DNA of 64,000 nucleotides from Lama glama (Eukaryota), in assembly GCA_028534125.1 (NCBI GenBank), contig CM052818.1:33544001-33608000 (forward strand), read 5' to 3'. The notes under the pieces are model-generated. The model ran no database searches, had not been told where the DNA came from, and saw only the letters and a program-made list of their open reading frames with translations. Made by a program: the position numbers and the translations under genes. Below, piece by piece: positions 1 to 14,054 of the stretch. Positions within the stretch are counted from its first letter, which is position 1. Each line of letters starts with the position of its first letter.

Positions 1-829
1 AAAAAGAAGAAAAATAACAGTAAATGTATGTGTGTGTGTCTGTGTGTTTATGTGATTTTTTCCAAAGCGAATAGTGTTCTCCATAGAAATAAATGGAAAA
101 TAAGTTACTAAAATGATTTGATGGAGAATTTTTTAAATGTATGTCCTGATTTAACAAATTTCCTCTTGGCAAAACAACATGCCGTGGCAAATTCTCACTG
201 ATACTTAATGTATTTTTAATGGACTCGAAGCTGTCAGAAAGAATTCTAAGCCAAAACCTACTTGGTTACATTTTCTCAGGGTGTCACAGTCTCAGGCTTA
301 TGGTAGGCATTCTCTGCCCTGCACTCATCTTCATCGGGTGATGTGAATACAATGTGCCACTCCATTCATGCTCCTGTCTTTCCTTATATAGGTCAAAGTA
401 TAGTCTCACTTAACTTTTTTTTCCTACTACCCTTTGCTTCTCAGAGATGCTGTTTCCCCTGTCCTAGTCTAATAGCCTGCTACCTACCCAGCTTGTGGAG
501 GAAAGGTACAGCAACCACAGTTGAGGATCTGACCTTTCACAGGTGAGGCTAGAATTGCCCGGATGGGCAGACAGCCCGACTCAGGCTGTCCTTTGGGTGG
601 GGTCCAGCAATGCTTCCTCCATCACCTGTCAGGCATCTTCCAGTTGAGGAGCTGGAGGACCTGAGGCATCAGGAATGGGTGAGGGTAGGTGACGGTGAGC
701 CAAAGACCACCTAGCCTACGTCACATTTTTCCTGAGAGCCAGCACGCCTAAGTATTAATTCTGTGTGATCTTTCTTACATAGTCATATTGCTGTATATAG
801 TATACCTGCACTTATCTGTACTTTATAGC

Positions 830-1010
830 TTATAAAGCACGTTCATATCTATTTGATCCTCAGAAAAACCTTATGACAAAGATATGGCGGGCATTATTCT
901 CCCAGATTGAAGGGGAGAAGACACACTTGGAGAGGTTAAGGAATTAGCTCAACCAAGGTCAGTGTAGAAACTAGGATTCCAGACTCCAAGACCCAAGTTC
1001 TGTGTCCTAG
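830..1010 (-). mobile_element. MIR SINE fragment
   Basis: atttgatcctcagaaaaaccttatga...attattctcccagatt...gaggttaaggaattagctc resembles the antisense MIR core. Confidence 0.6.
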
Positions 1011-1215
1011 AGCACACTTTAAATAAAGAAACTGCCACAGCCCATTGATTTCAAGGAACCCAGCCTTTGTAAAGAGTATCTCTAGAAAAGTAAAACACAT
1101 GAACTGTAACACTGTCCAATATGTAGCCTAAGCCCTGAGTGTTACTACTGCTTAAGTCACAGAGACAAGACCCTAGATTGTTTTCAGTAATGTGTCCCCT
1201 ACTCTCCCCCATAAA

Positions 1216-1252
1216 ACACACACACACACACAAGCACACATACACACACGCG
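1216..1252. repeat. Interrupted (CA)n microsatellite
   Basis: acacacacacacacacacaagcacacatacacacacgcg. Confidence 0.9.
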
Positions 1253-2984
1253 CCTCTGTCTAGAGTTCAGCTGGTCCCTATTTGGTAATTACCAGTCAGA
1301 TACAGCCTAGATTCTATACTATGAATGGTGTGTGTGTTTGAATTTAATGTATCTTCGTTCTCACCTGAGAGAAGAGGGTTTGGGAGTCAAGAAGTATGAC
1401 TTGGAATTCAGAATCAATCACTCAGCAAATCGGGGACCTCAGGCAAGTAAGTCAGTTCCTTGCACTGGACCTCAGTTTCTTCTGTGGAACAAGGGAATGG
1501 GACTGAGAGCTCTCACAGTTCTGTAATGTCACAGTGTGTGAATGGACTGATCACAGAGCAGAACGAGCAGACCTTAAAGGTCTGCTGAGTGCTGAGTGTC
1601 CTGTCCATTGCCTCACAAGGTTGCATATGTGCCAATCAGCAGTACTCCATCTATGAGAAAGATGGTAAAATCATCGTTGTCATCATCATCTGTGGATTTA
1701 TTATCACAACTCCCTTATCTGCATACTTACAAATAGTGAAGTTTGAATTAAACACAATGTATAACTGGATTACTTATCAGTTGTTAAAATACAGAGGAAA
1801 AGACCCTCTTCCATCTTTCAATAGACTGTCTCAGAAATCTCTGTCTTTACCAAAATGAAAGCATTGGTTTTAAACAGCACCGGCAACATCAAAAAATGAC
1901 TTGGGAGCCCTCTCAGCCACCCTCCTCTCTAGGTCACAGTGTTGTGAGGTGGGCCCGTGGCAGGGCTGGTGCTGCAGCTGCTTGTGATGAAATTATGCAG
2001 GTTGGTTCTGGTCTTTATATCCATTTCAAAGCAAATGGAACATTACAGGAACAATTACAAATAATTGAGATTGTAAGATTGCCAAGATTAAATTCTAGGT
2101 AGGATACAAAATATGTTTTAATGCCACTTTAGTCCTTTTCCATTTGGCAAACAAAACTTCTTGGCTGGCCACCATGACTTTCACAATAACATGGTCCAGC
2201 ATGTGGCCCAAGCTTTGAGTGTTTTTGCTCAAGTCACAGAAAGGAACCCCTAGAGTGAGAGACTGCCAAGCCAGCATTCTGGGTAGCCCCGCCTTTCCAT
2301 GCTCTCTTTACTTACGGTGATTTTCTTCCTGTTTCTCTGAGCTTGTCATTAGGGCCTTCTTGACTGTCCAGCCCCCGCCCTCCATGTGACACCAGTAAGA
2401 GCTTCTGCCCCATTTTCCTGTCTTTATACCTATACAGCCACCCTGCTAGGCATCACCAGTTCCTCATCAACATTATTGTGCCAGCCCCTGACATGCTGTT
2501 AAGACAACCAGGAGTTTAGTCCATCTTACGTTGTAATGAATAATAATTACTGTTGGATGCTATCAATCACCTCTGCAGCTCCCAGTCACTACTTGGAACA
2601 TCCTGTGTTCTCTAGTTTTACATGGTTCCAGGGTGACATCATTTTTTTCCATCTTGTCTATTACAGACTTGCATTCTTCTTTGGTTAGCTACATCTACTA
2701 ATTCTTCACTTTTTTTCATCATGGTAAAGTATTCATGCTGATTTATGGTAGCACAAGCCAAAAGGAGTCCTTTATGGCATTTTCACTTTTCCTCTAAATT
2801 TAGTTATTAGTCAGACGCTAAGCCAGTGTATCCACTTACTTTTGGTAAGAGTGCTTTCCCTTGATAAAATACAGGCAAATAAGTTTTCATTGATTTTTAC
2901 ACAGTATTTACAGTCAAATTAAATTGTAGAATTTCTCATTCCAGCAATTGTTGCTTAAAATTTAATATAATCGTTTCCTTAAAA

Positions 2985-3680
2985 TTTGTTTTTATTGTGG
3001 AAATTTTCAAATCTACATGAACATATAGAGAATAGGATGGTAAACCCATAGACACTGTCATTTAGCTTCAACAATTATCAACACTTGGCCCATCTTGTAA
3101 AATCTATGGCTTACTCCCCATCCCCCACTGCAACCTTGGATTATTTTGAAGCAAAACCCAGAAATTACATTATTTCACTCACAATGTACTCATTTTTTGA
3201 TGTAAGATATTATATATATTTTAAGAATTATGCCTTTGCATGGTGCACAGCAGTTAATCTGTGGTCAGATTTGTTCTCAGCATTTTGTAACTAATCACTT
3301 ATTAGTTTAGTGAGTAACCATTCAGACTTCTTTCTCTTCTATGTAAGTGTATAAATATAAATACACAGACAGGTTTTTTTTGTTTGTTTAAGAGGGGGAT
3401 CATACTAAAGACTTTATTATAAAACTGCCTTTTTCACTTATAAATAAATTATAGAAATCTTTCTGTGACAAAGCAGAGATCTGCTGCATTCTTTTTAACA
3501 GCAGCAGTGGATTCCATTAGATATGTATGTCATATTTTTTCTAACCTATCCACTCTGATAGATACTTAGGTGTCTTTTAGTTTTTTCTGTTACAAGCAGA
3601 GCTGAATGAACATCATTGTACCTCATCTTTGCATGCCTGTGTATTTCTGTAGGATAGGTCTAGAAAAGGAATTGCTGGAT
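2985..3680 (-). mobile_element. Old L1 (L1MC/ME-like) 3' fragments
   Basis: ttttattgtggaaattttcaaa..., cagcagtggattccattag..., ctagaaaaggaattgctggatca are typical antisense old L1 3' motifs. Confidence 0.6.
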
Positions 3681-4854
3681 CAAGGATCTTCTGAGATAAA
3701 ATGGAACACTTGTGAGAAGAATGGCTCTGCCCTGTTGTTTTGTACTGATAGTTTGCTCTAACCTGTGCTCAGAGCTCCTGAGTGCAGATTTGAGGATCAG
3801 ACTAGGTGAGCAATGGCATTTGCACTTAAAGTTTGAGGAAAGTTGGGAACAGCATATTTGTTTTGAAAACCTAAAAAGTAAGTGGGTGTGTCAGAATGCT
3901 GGGCAATGAGGGCCTTTATGCATAATTGACATCTCTAAGACCTTGCAGAAGTGGGAAAACCAATGAAAGAGATTGTTGCCAGGCTACAAACTTCAACAGA
4001 AGGCAGAAGAGATGGGTGGACAGGCGGGGCTGCTGGGCTGTAGGTAAAGGACAATATGATAACAGTAACAATTCTTTACATTTGTACAGCACTTTACAGT
4101 TCACATGGGGCTTTTCTAATTTAAGCTACACAATAACCCTGTGCAAACATATGAGCAGCCAAAAATATACCATAGAATTTCTGTGGGTGGACATTCTGGA
4201 TTCTAAAATAGTGAAAATGTGGGAATAGTGTTAGCCCATAAACCACTGGACAAAATCCACTGACCAAACCAAAATGTTAAGTAAGACTAAGGAAGGTGCA
4301 GCAGTTGACAGCCACTGCCCTCGCCCCCCAGCCCCATCAGAAGTAGTGGAAGCTTCCACTAGCCACATGCTGATATGCATCACCCCAAGAGCGTGGAATG
4401 GATCACACTAGCTGTGGGAGAGCCACTTGGGGAACTTGCCTGTGTGCACATTCCCTGATCTTTCCCCAAGAGATCTGGATTCAGTGGGTTTGAGGTGGAG
4501 CCCAGAAATAAGTCATTTTATTAAGCTCTCCTAATGACGCTGCTGAGCAGCCAAGTCTGTGAATCACTGTTCTGGAAGAGTCTCTAAGACTGCAGCTAGA
4601 GAATTTTACTCTGGGTCTATAGCATGGTGGACCTGGGTAAAGGAAAAGAAGACCAGCCAGTCTAGTTGGATAAGTAAGTGTTTTGACAAAGGGGGAGCGT
4701 CCTGTGAATGTTATTTTTAAATACTGTTTTTTAGTTTTTACAAAGTTCCACAATAAAGGCTGTTTTAAAATGTGAATTGGCCTGGGGGGCTTGTGTTGCT
4801 ATGGACAGAGTCCTGGCCTAGAGAGGCAACCATTTTAGAAATGGCCAAACCCTG

Positions 4855-4975
4855 GACTTCAAGTTAGAGGACCCCGGTAGGAACCCAGCTTAAGCATCTC
4901 CCAGCATCTCCCAGTGTATGACCTTAGATTGTGACCTCATCTCTCTGAGGTTCACTTTCCTCCTCTGAAAAATGC
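4855..4975 (+). mobile_element. MIR fragment
   Basis: gtgtatgaccttag...ctctctgaggttcactttcctcctctgaaaaatg. Confidence 0.55.
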
Positions 4976-5632
4976 ACTTCTTCGGACACTGCGATGGCTT
5001 TGACATTCTCATTTTTTCCTCTTTCTGCTGTCCCCATCCATCCTCCTCTTGTGGTCTTCTAGTCTGAGCTAGCTCTCAACCTTTGATTGAATCTCTCCTC
5101 CTTTATCAATCTCTCCTTTATGTTTCCAGATTGCCTACAGAAGCCAAGAATGTAAGCTTTTGTGTGAGTGGGTATGTTTGCATGAGTAATTGTAATATAT
5201 TTGGAAGACATGCATAGGTGTACAAAGCATGCATATGTATGTACATGAACTTCCTGCTTACTCTCCATACCAGGAAACTTTTGAGCTCTTCATTGTTTCC
5301 CTTCTATCATCTTTCTTCATCTTTTCTGGAAAATGGAGTTATGAACTAACCTGGCAACTAAGTGTTTAAAGTAACCTACAAAAATATTCACCAGCCTAAA
5401 TGTTCACATTTATACATGTCTTTTCATGCCACAACATTTAAATTTTCCTTTAATGTTCTTGTTGCCCTTTGTCATAACTTTGTAATCACCTTAGTGGTAA
5501 ATATTGATGCTCACCTTTGAAACTGAAATGTTGTAAAGTAAAAAGTAGAGCAAATGGACATAAGAAGAAATTGATACTAGGCTAACGTGGAGGTTGAGAT
5601 TTCAGACTTTTCTATATCTGTAACCAAGCTGA

Positions 5633-5760
5633 TTTTGGGGGGAGGGTGAGGTAATTAGGTTTTTTGGTTTGTTTTTGAATAATGGAGGTACTGGGGAATG
5701 AACCCAGGACCTCGTGCATGCTACAAGCATGTGCTTTATCACAGAGCTATACCCTTTCCC
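5633..5760 (-). mobile_element. tRNA-derived camelid-type (Vic-like) SINE
   Basis: Reverse strand reads GGGGAAAGGGTATAGCTC..AGCATGCACGAGGTCCTGGGTTCATTCCCCAGTACCTCCA..AAACCTAATTACCTC. Flanking imperfect direct repeat CCAAG(C/T)TGA at 5624-5632 and 5761-5769. Confidence 0.85.
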
Positions 5761-5842
5761 CCAAGTTGACTTGTAATTTAATAGGGAAACTGGTTGCACT
5801 TGGGTATTTTCCTTACTGAATGTCTACAAATGCACCATGTGA

Positions 5843-6028
<186 letters not shown>

Positions 6029-6290
6029 TGAATAAAGCAAAGAATCAAGACTAACCTTATCAGTTAGACTGCATGTGAATTCTTGGGCATAGTTGAAAGC
6101 AGATTTTTTGGTTGACTGGGAGGTAGAGAAAAGGAAACTAGTGAGTCCTAGAAGAAAAAGGATTCCCTGAATCATACCCATAATTGGGTACTTATCAAAC
6201 CTCAGCCAAGTTTAGTCCCTGCCCCTGCCCTCATACGATCTGTTCTCTTTTTTAAGCATTACATATTCTATGGACTAATTAGTATAGTAT

Positions 6291-6452
6291 TAGAGTTGCC
6301 AGAGTTAGCTAACAAAAATGGGATGCCCAGTTAAACCTGAATTTCTTGTAAGCAAGGAAAATATACTAAACGTACTTATACTATAAAATTACTTGTTATT
6401 TATCTGACATTCAGATTTAACTGAGAATTCTATGTTTTATCAAGCAGACCTA
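6291..6452. mobile_element. MER53-like palindromic hAT MITE (internally deleted)
   Basis: Starts tagagttgccagag..aaaaatgggatgcccagttaaacctgaattt, and ends with the inverted arm attcagatttaactgag..ttttatc. Confidence 0.75.
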
Positions 6453-7189
6453 ATTAACGTGCAGACCTAATTAACGTGCAGCCCTTGGAACATTTGCTAC
6501 ATTCTGTTGTGAAGACCCTGTGATTGCACTGGTGGACAGACATAGGTTCTCCATTGATGCCATGAGAGCCTTTGGTACCCTCTCAGTCCATCTGAGGGTC
6601 ATAATACGCATCTCCACATAAAATCTCTTATCAGTATATTCATATTGTGCCACTCAGTCTGAAGCATTTCAGGAAGAAAATTTCAATATTTCTTCCTTTT
6701 ATTAGACTAGCACTCTCCCCCAACACTAGGAGGCAAGACATATACAATGCAACATACAGAGAAAGAAAGTTTATAATTAATGAACTATAATAATAGTTTT
6801 CCATTTGGTGCAAAGACTGAATGAAGGTTTCTAGGATTTCCTGACCTGCCTTTTTGTTAATTTCACCTCAGAAAATAAAGGAAACAAGAAAAAAGACTGC
6901 CACAAGGAAACTAATTTTAAGAAGCCACAATAGATTATGCAATATTTTTGAGCAACCACCATGGCCAGGCATTGTGCTAGGAAAAAGGAATTGTGGGAGA
7001 TAGGGACCATTTCACAATAAGAAGTTAGATTACCTTCAACTGCCAAACTGGCTTAGATTTCCCTGCTAGACTGTTACAGAGCATCTCTATTTATTCTTCA
7101 AACACTCGTCACAGCTCAAATTGCTTATTCAATAACTCTGTCTTCTCCTATGAGGGTATGGACATCTCCTATTCACTCTTATATCCCCA

Positions 7190-7690
7190 ATGGCTATCTA
7201 TTGCTACATAATAAATTACCCCAAAATTTAGTGGCTTACAACAGCAGTAATTATTTATTGTCCCTCATGGATTCTCTGCATCAGGAATTAAGACAGGGCA
7301 CAGCATGGCTTGTTCTCCTCTACCATATCTGGGGTCTCAGCTGAAGGACTCAACAACTGAGAGCTAGAATCATTTGAACCTTCCTTCAATCACATGCTTG
7401 CTAGTTAGTTGACGCTGCCTATTGGCCAGAATATTTACACACAGCTTCTCTTTATGGCCTGGGCGTCCTCACAATATGGTAACTGGGTTCTATCGAGATC
7501 CAGTCTCCTGAGAGAGGGAGAGTGAGAGAGAGCACGACAGCCCAACAGAAGATACGTTGGCCTTTATGACTTAGCTTTGGAAGTCACATAGCATCTCTCC
7601 CCACCACCCCATTCTACTGACTGAGGAAATTCCACCCCGGTACCCAGCCTCTCAACAGAAGATTGTCATTGTCACAGTGCGAAAAGAGCG
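7190..7690 (-). mobile_element. MLT1-type MaLR LTR (old subfamily)
   Basis: ctattgctacataataaattaccccaaaatttagtggctt...cctcacaatatggtaactggg...ttatgacttagctttggaagtcacatag. Confidence 0.75.
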
Positions 7691-8699
7691 TGTATGATGT
7701 GATATATATGGATAGTTATCTTCAGAAACGATCACCTGTTATATTGTACTTGGCACATAGCTTGCACCTAGTAAGCATTAGTAAGTGCTCATTGAATAAA
7801 TAAACAAATGAACTCTGGTCTTTAAGGAAATTAACCTCAAATACTTCATGGGAAAAAGAAAAAGTTTAAAAGCTTAACATTCTGATGGATGACTTCTAAT
7901 CATGACAACAATGTAAGTTCATGCTTTAAGATACTCCCTCTGTGCCGCACTCAAACCACTGATGTATAAAAGTAAAAAGAGACAATGAAAATCTACTCAC
8001 AAGCTCAAAAACAAGATAAATAGCTCCACAGATCAGAAATGGAACAGAATCACTGAGCATTCAGCCCTAGATGTGCTGTACTCCAGTCCCAGAAGCAGAC
8101 ATAGATGGCTGCAGGTTTGCCTCCTTTGGGTATTGGGCACTGAAAGCATGCCGCTCATGGCAGACGGGAGCGGTGCCCATGGCTGGAAAGCAGAGATGCT
8201 GGGCTAAAGCTTCCCTGCTAAGGAAAAAGGGTGGAGGAAGCTGCTATGCCTGCTGCCTGAGGCTACAATATATATAAAGCTCCCAACCTGCAGAGATAGG
8301 AGGGCAGAGAGACTGCCTCTAATCAGGAAGGAAACCAACCCACTGGTAACTTAGTGACTGGATTGGCAATATTGTTAATAACCCCAGAACAAGAACTCCC
8401 TGTTGCCAACATATCACCTGGCTGTGGTTTAGAGACCCTCAGGGACCTGGTGGGTGCAGCTGTGAAACCACTAGAAAGGCAGAGATAAGCCTGGTAGGGG
8501 GTGAAATGTGCCGAATCTCCAACTCACTATTAGCAGAGTAAGCCTGCAAATGAAGAAACATAATGCGGCAATAGATCCAGCAAAATCAACCATCTGAAGA
8601 TGGATTGGCCCAAGGTGAAATTCAAATAATAAAATAATTCCAAAAAGACTTTAAAATAAGTATGATTAACTTTAACTTCCTTAGAAGTTAGAGAAATGA

Positions 8700-9320
8700 A
8701 GGACAGCTTGAGGGGCTTCAATATATGTCAAACTGAAGTGAAGGAAGAAGAGATTGGAGGGAACTGAAGAGAAGCTGTATTAGAGGAAAAACTGCAAGGT
8801 GTTTTCTAGAATTGAGAAAAGGCATGAGCCCTCAGATCAAAAGTGTATTAAAAGTACCACATAAGATAAACATTAACTCTCTACTAACGTACATTTTAGT
8901 GGAACCACATAAGATCAAGGTTTAATAAAGATAAAAATATTTTTAAACAACCAGAGGAAAAAAGATTACTTATAAATGTCAAGAATATCCTATACTTCAT
9001 TGCTTGTGAAAGGGGAAAATGGGAAAAGCCAAAGTGTCCATGAAAAAGAGAATGGATTTTTAAACCGTAGCATATTTGCAGTATGGAACACAGTATGGGT
9101 TTTTTTTTTTAAAGCTACGTATGTCAACACAAATTTTAAAATGTTTAGAGGAAAAGCACATTGCTAAACAATACATATGGAAGATATCATTTAACTTCTT
9201 CAAAGAAAAATATCAAAAGCAAATAAAGTAAAATTTAATAAAATAAATTCATTAAGTTGAGTGGGAGGTACATGGGTGTGTGTGCATTATTTTTCATGTT
9301 CAAGATTTTTCATTAAAGAA
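8700..9320 (+). mobile_element. Degraded old L1/HAL1 (ORF1-like remnant plus 3'-end remnant)
   Basis: ttttctagaattgagaaaaggcatgagccctcagat...aaacaaccagaggaaaaaagattacttataaa, then aaatgtccat-like and ggtacatgggtgt motifs. Confidence 0.5.
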
Positions 9321-10269
9321 TATTTGTTTAAAAGGTTTTCAAAAACCACAAGAAATCAGTGTTTCTGAAAGTAAACCATCCAACTCAACACACAGAAGTG
9401 ATCCCAATAATGAAGATCAATGCAAACCTTGTAAAAAGAAAAAAGAAAGTGGCCTCACAGGATAATCAGCCAACAGACTGAAAGGGCCTGGGGAAAGGAT
9501 GGCGAGGGGGGATGTGTGGTCAAGTTAATGAAACCCGTGCTACTGGGAAAACTGATGCCAACAATGCGTAGACACTGTGGAATGATCTAGAGGCAACATA
9601 AAGGATTCATCTGGGCATGTTCAGAGCAAGCAGAGACAGGGATAGACCCGTTCTTAAGAAGAGATAGTATGTGATTAAACTGTAATAAAGAAAAGACCGA
9701 ATTTAGTTTTAAACTTTTTAAGTCAAAAAGTAGCATATAATTCATCTAGTCCAGTGAATTTGCAACTGCCTACCCCAGGACCATAAAGGTTCCCGGGAGA
9801 TGCTGGACAGGAGCCAAGGGGATGAGGAAACAGGGCTGCCGCCCCTCGCCCTTACTTCAGCCAGAGACATTTTAATATTCTGAGAGAAAACTACTGATCC
9901 TCTCCAAGTCCCTCATTTTACAGCTTGCATGTGACCTGGGGAAGGTTCCAGGGTTGGTGAGTAGTGGATGTCTCGGAATGTCAGTGCAGTGCTTTTTCTG
10001 CTACATATCAGAGCCTCTCCTACTCCGCTTCCATCCTCTCAAGCAAAACAAACAAACAAACAAACAAACAGAAGAAATGAGTGGTCTGCAAACTAGTAAT
10101 ATGAAAAATGCATCATGGTCCAAGAGAGGCCTAAAACAGTTTAGGCGTGAAATTTATGGGTATGATTCATATCAAAATCATTGGCAGTAACCTCTTCCTT
10201 TCTTCTTTCTTCCCTCCCCTCTTCCCTTCCTTCTTTTATAGAATTCTCTTTGCTCTCCCTAACTCTCTC

Positions 10270-10600
10270 CACCTAAACAGTTATTAACATTCTGCTGCAT
10301 TGCCTTCCCCTTGCTCCATGTGTACTTATTTTGGTTTTGGTTGAATTACTTGAGAGTAATTTGCAGACATGATCCCTCACCTCCTAAATACTTCAGCGCG
10401 CATCTCCTAAGAGGAACCACAATACCATTAGGAAAATTATCAGTGATTCTCTACTACCATCTGATATTCAGGCCACTTTCAAATTTCCCCAGTTGTCTCA
10501 AGAATGTGTTTTATAGCTAGTTTTTGTGATTATTGTTATTGTTTTATTTTATTTATTTTCCTGAGCCAGTGTCCACCAAAGTGCTCCACTGCATTTGTTA
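10270..10600 (-). mobile_element. Old L1 (L1MC-like) 3' UTR fragment
   Basis: ttgagagtaatttgcagacatgatccctcacctcctaaatacttcagc...catctcctaaga. Confidence 0.6.
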
Positions 10601-10646
10601 TATGATAAAGAAGGGAGACATTTTCTGGAAAAACAGAAGAATCTAA

Positions 10647-10946
<300 letters not shown>

Positions 10947-11339
10947 TAGTAACCAAGATGCTGCACCTGAATTTTTAGATCCTGAGGTAGAGGCCCTAAG
11001 AGGAAATATGGTGGACGAGAAGAACAACCAGGCAGGGGAAGTGTGTCTTAACCCTCTCTAACCCACTGTGGGGCTTTATTCAAGTCACTTTACCTCTCTG
11101 AGTCAGTTTCTTCATCCATAAAATCAGAATATCAATAAAATTATACCCATATTACCCATATTCATTCATTCATTCAATAAATCAGTATTTATTGTCTCTG
11201 CCCTGGGGAGGGCCTAGATTTGAAATGATAAACAAATCACCCGGGCTTACAAGCCTCTGGTGTGGAATGAAACAGCAAGGAGCACTGGTTAGCAGAACCC
11301 GTTCTGGTAGCCAGAGGATAATAATAGCATTTCCTGCAC

Positions 11340-11500
11340 GCTTCCTGTGTCTCTCCTGCATACATCTCATTTAATCTTTACAACAGTTATATGAGGAAGG
11401 TACTGTTATTATCCTCATTTTACAGATTTAGAAACTTGCTCAGGATCGTCATGCAAGGAAGTAACAGAGCTGGAGGTTCAAAACTAAGCCTGTGGACTCC
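11340..11500 (-). mobile_element. MIR fragment
   Basis: ctcatttaatc...ggtactgttattatcctcattttacagat. Confidence 0.7.
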
Positions 11501-12919
11501 ACCGACACTCTTGTGTGTGGGGCCGTGTTAAGGACAAGTGGGTTAAGTGAATGAGTCACAGCTACAGAGCTGGGATGAAAAGGAAACAAATTAGAAAAAG
11601 GCTCAGTATTCCCCTAAAGCTGGCGAAATAAAAATTATTTGTTCATGGCCTAAAGTAGAAAAGTAAGTAAATGTTGGGGACAGGAAACTAGAGTTGAGGA
11701 AGAATAAAAATTTTAGGGTATTTATTTATAAGAAACTGACCTATTATTATTAATAAAATATGTTTGTTTGCTTAGAAAAGACTTTAAAATGTGGGTCCTT
11801 TATCAAAAAGGAAGTCTGAGGGCATTTGATGAAGTTTTGGATGCAAATATGCTTTGAAAATAGATAAGTGCAAGGAATGTTTCTATTCCATGAAATTATG
11901 TCCTGATTGCCTTTCAAATGTGCTTTATCAGGAACTTGATAAACTACTTGGTAGAATGTTATTCTTGTCATATTTAGTTATTTCTGAAACCATTAGTTTT
12001 TCTGTTTTGTCAAGGACAGTAACCTGAATTTGAGAGGATCCTTAGTTCTGAAATCAATCCTGCATTAGACTAAAACTATTCCAGGTCCTGAACTATAGTA
12101 GAAATGTTTGTTTGTCTCTTGCTAAAAATAAAATGAAGGGTCCTCGTGAAGAAGGTGGACCTACATGGCTACCCAGAAGTAGCTCAGCCTCTGCTTTCAA
12201 AGTCTATGTCAGTCATGATTCCTTTTGCTCATAAGCACCAGGAGCACAACTCAAAAGGCTTACACAGAAAAAGGGATTTATTTGGTGCACATAACTGGAA
12301 AGTTCGAAGGTACAGCAGAAGGCAGAGGCTGAACCACGTCATCAGGACTCACTCACTCTCTCCCTGTCAGCTCTGCTTGCCTTGTGGTGGGCTTTGAGCT
12401 CAGACAGGCCCCCTCCAGGTGGTGGTCCCTGGCAGCTCCCTCCCCACTCTGTGCCCCACATTATGTCGCCATCCTTGGTGTCAAATAAAAATCGAAGAAC
12501 TCTTATCAGAAGATGGGAAGTGAATGGTGGTCCGACAAAAACAACCCATGCCCACCACAGAACACTCGTGTGGAAATGCACTGCTTGGGCATGGGACTAA
12601 GTGATGGAGAAACCAGCCTTAGAAACTCTCAAATTCAAATCAGTAGTAATAATCCTCAGAGTAATTTAATGTTGAAGGACTGGATTTGATAGATCATAAT
12701 GATTACAACTTTGAGCATCTGACATACAACTGTGGGCACCAAGAAGCTTTTCACACTTCGTTGATACTGTTTTGTGCCTTTTCATTTGGTTTCTTAGCAC
12801 TTGCAGTTAATTTGTAAGTTTCAGGAGAGGTGAAACACAGTGAGAGTTCAGAGAACAGATTGCTTAATCCTGGGAGGCAGGAGAGAAAAAATAGGATCAG
12901 GAAGATCAGGACACTGGAT

Positions 12920-13045
12920 CAGGATCGGCAAGTTTTTTCTGTAAAGGACCAGATGGTAAAGTTTTAGGCTTTACAGGCCATATGCACACATGCTCTGTCT
13001 CAGCCAATCAACTCTACCATGATAGCATGAATGCATCCATAAACC
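12920..13045 (+). mobile_element. MER58-like hAT-Charlie MITE fragment
   Basis: caggatcggcaagttttttctgtaaaggaccagatggtaaa..ttttaggctttacaggccata. Confidence 0.7.
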
Positions 13046-14054
13046 ACTGTGAGTGCTATTGAAACTGAGTTGGTATTCGTCTAAACTAGATTGAGTTAAG
13101 GTGTTAATTGGAATTACCAGTGCAACCACTAAGACAAGAACAACAACAACAAAGAAACCTGAAAGAAACAGGAGGATTAAAATGGTACACTGGAAAATAC
13201 CTATTTAACACAAAAGAAGACAGTAATGGAGCAAGAGAGGAATAAAGAAGTTAGTGGAAGATATGCTATTGTAACCTGGGACAAAACTAAGACAGAGGAA
13301 GATATGGGATCCAGGAAACAGGCAATGCAAAGGAAGAGAGAAGTCCGTGATGGTGAAGGAAAGTTCCAGGACAAGAACTACGCAGGAAGCCCATGCCAGG
13401 CAGTCCAGATTGGAGCAGGAGAGTGGTGGCCTCTGGAAGGAATGTCTTTCAGAAAGAAAAAAAAAAAAAAAAGGAAAGAGAAAGACACAGTGGAATATCC
13501 ATTGTGTTTGAATATGCCCAGAGATTTTTAGCTCCCTTGCAGAATTGGAGGATGAGGTAGTAATTAATATGTAGAAAATTGAGAGGGGGGGACTAAAAAA
13601 GAAAATGTGTTCCTCTATCTCATCTGGAGTCTGAGGGGAAAAGGTATAATTAAGTAAATATAAATTTTGTACACTACATGGCTCTGAATGCATAGTCATA
13701 ACAATGTAAGTGCCAATTATTGATTTAACCAAAAATGGAGATTATAATCATATTGTGAAAATGGAAGGATAAAGTGAATGTGTATTTGTGTGCACACTGG
13801 GGAAGATAAGAGAATTAAATGCTCAGCTTCCATAGTTGGAATTCAAAAGAGAATATCTCAAACAGATTTTTTAATAAAACAGTGGTATAAGCATACTACC
13901 AGAAATAGAAGATAAATATCAGACAAAACCGGTAAAAGAATTTAAAGTATTTGCCCCACAGAAATGGGAGTAGAGAGGAAGGAGGCATTTACACTTAAGC
14001 CTTGTCTTTTTAAACTAAGTTCTTATGAGCAGCTTGGGTGTTTTTTTTTTTAAA

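Noticed and set aside
1589..1858. ORF containing DGKIIVVIIICG, superficially like the start of the preceding RBKS exon (GQNIIVIVAG)
   Set aside because: Similarity does not continue, there are no fitting splice sites, and it derives from a (CAT)n-like tract. The upstream RBKS exons lie outside the window.
13205..13732. Longest ORF in the track (175 aa, -) and the overlapping 101-aa ORF (+)
   Set aside because: Low-complexity, A-rich degraded L1-like DNA with no recognisable domain.
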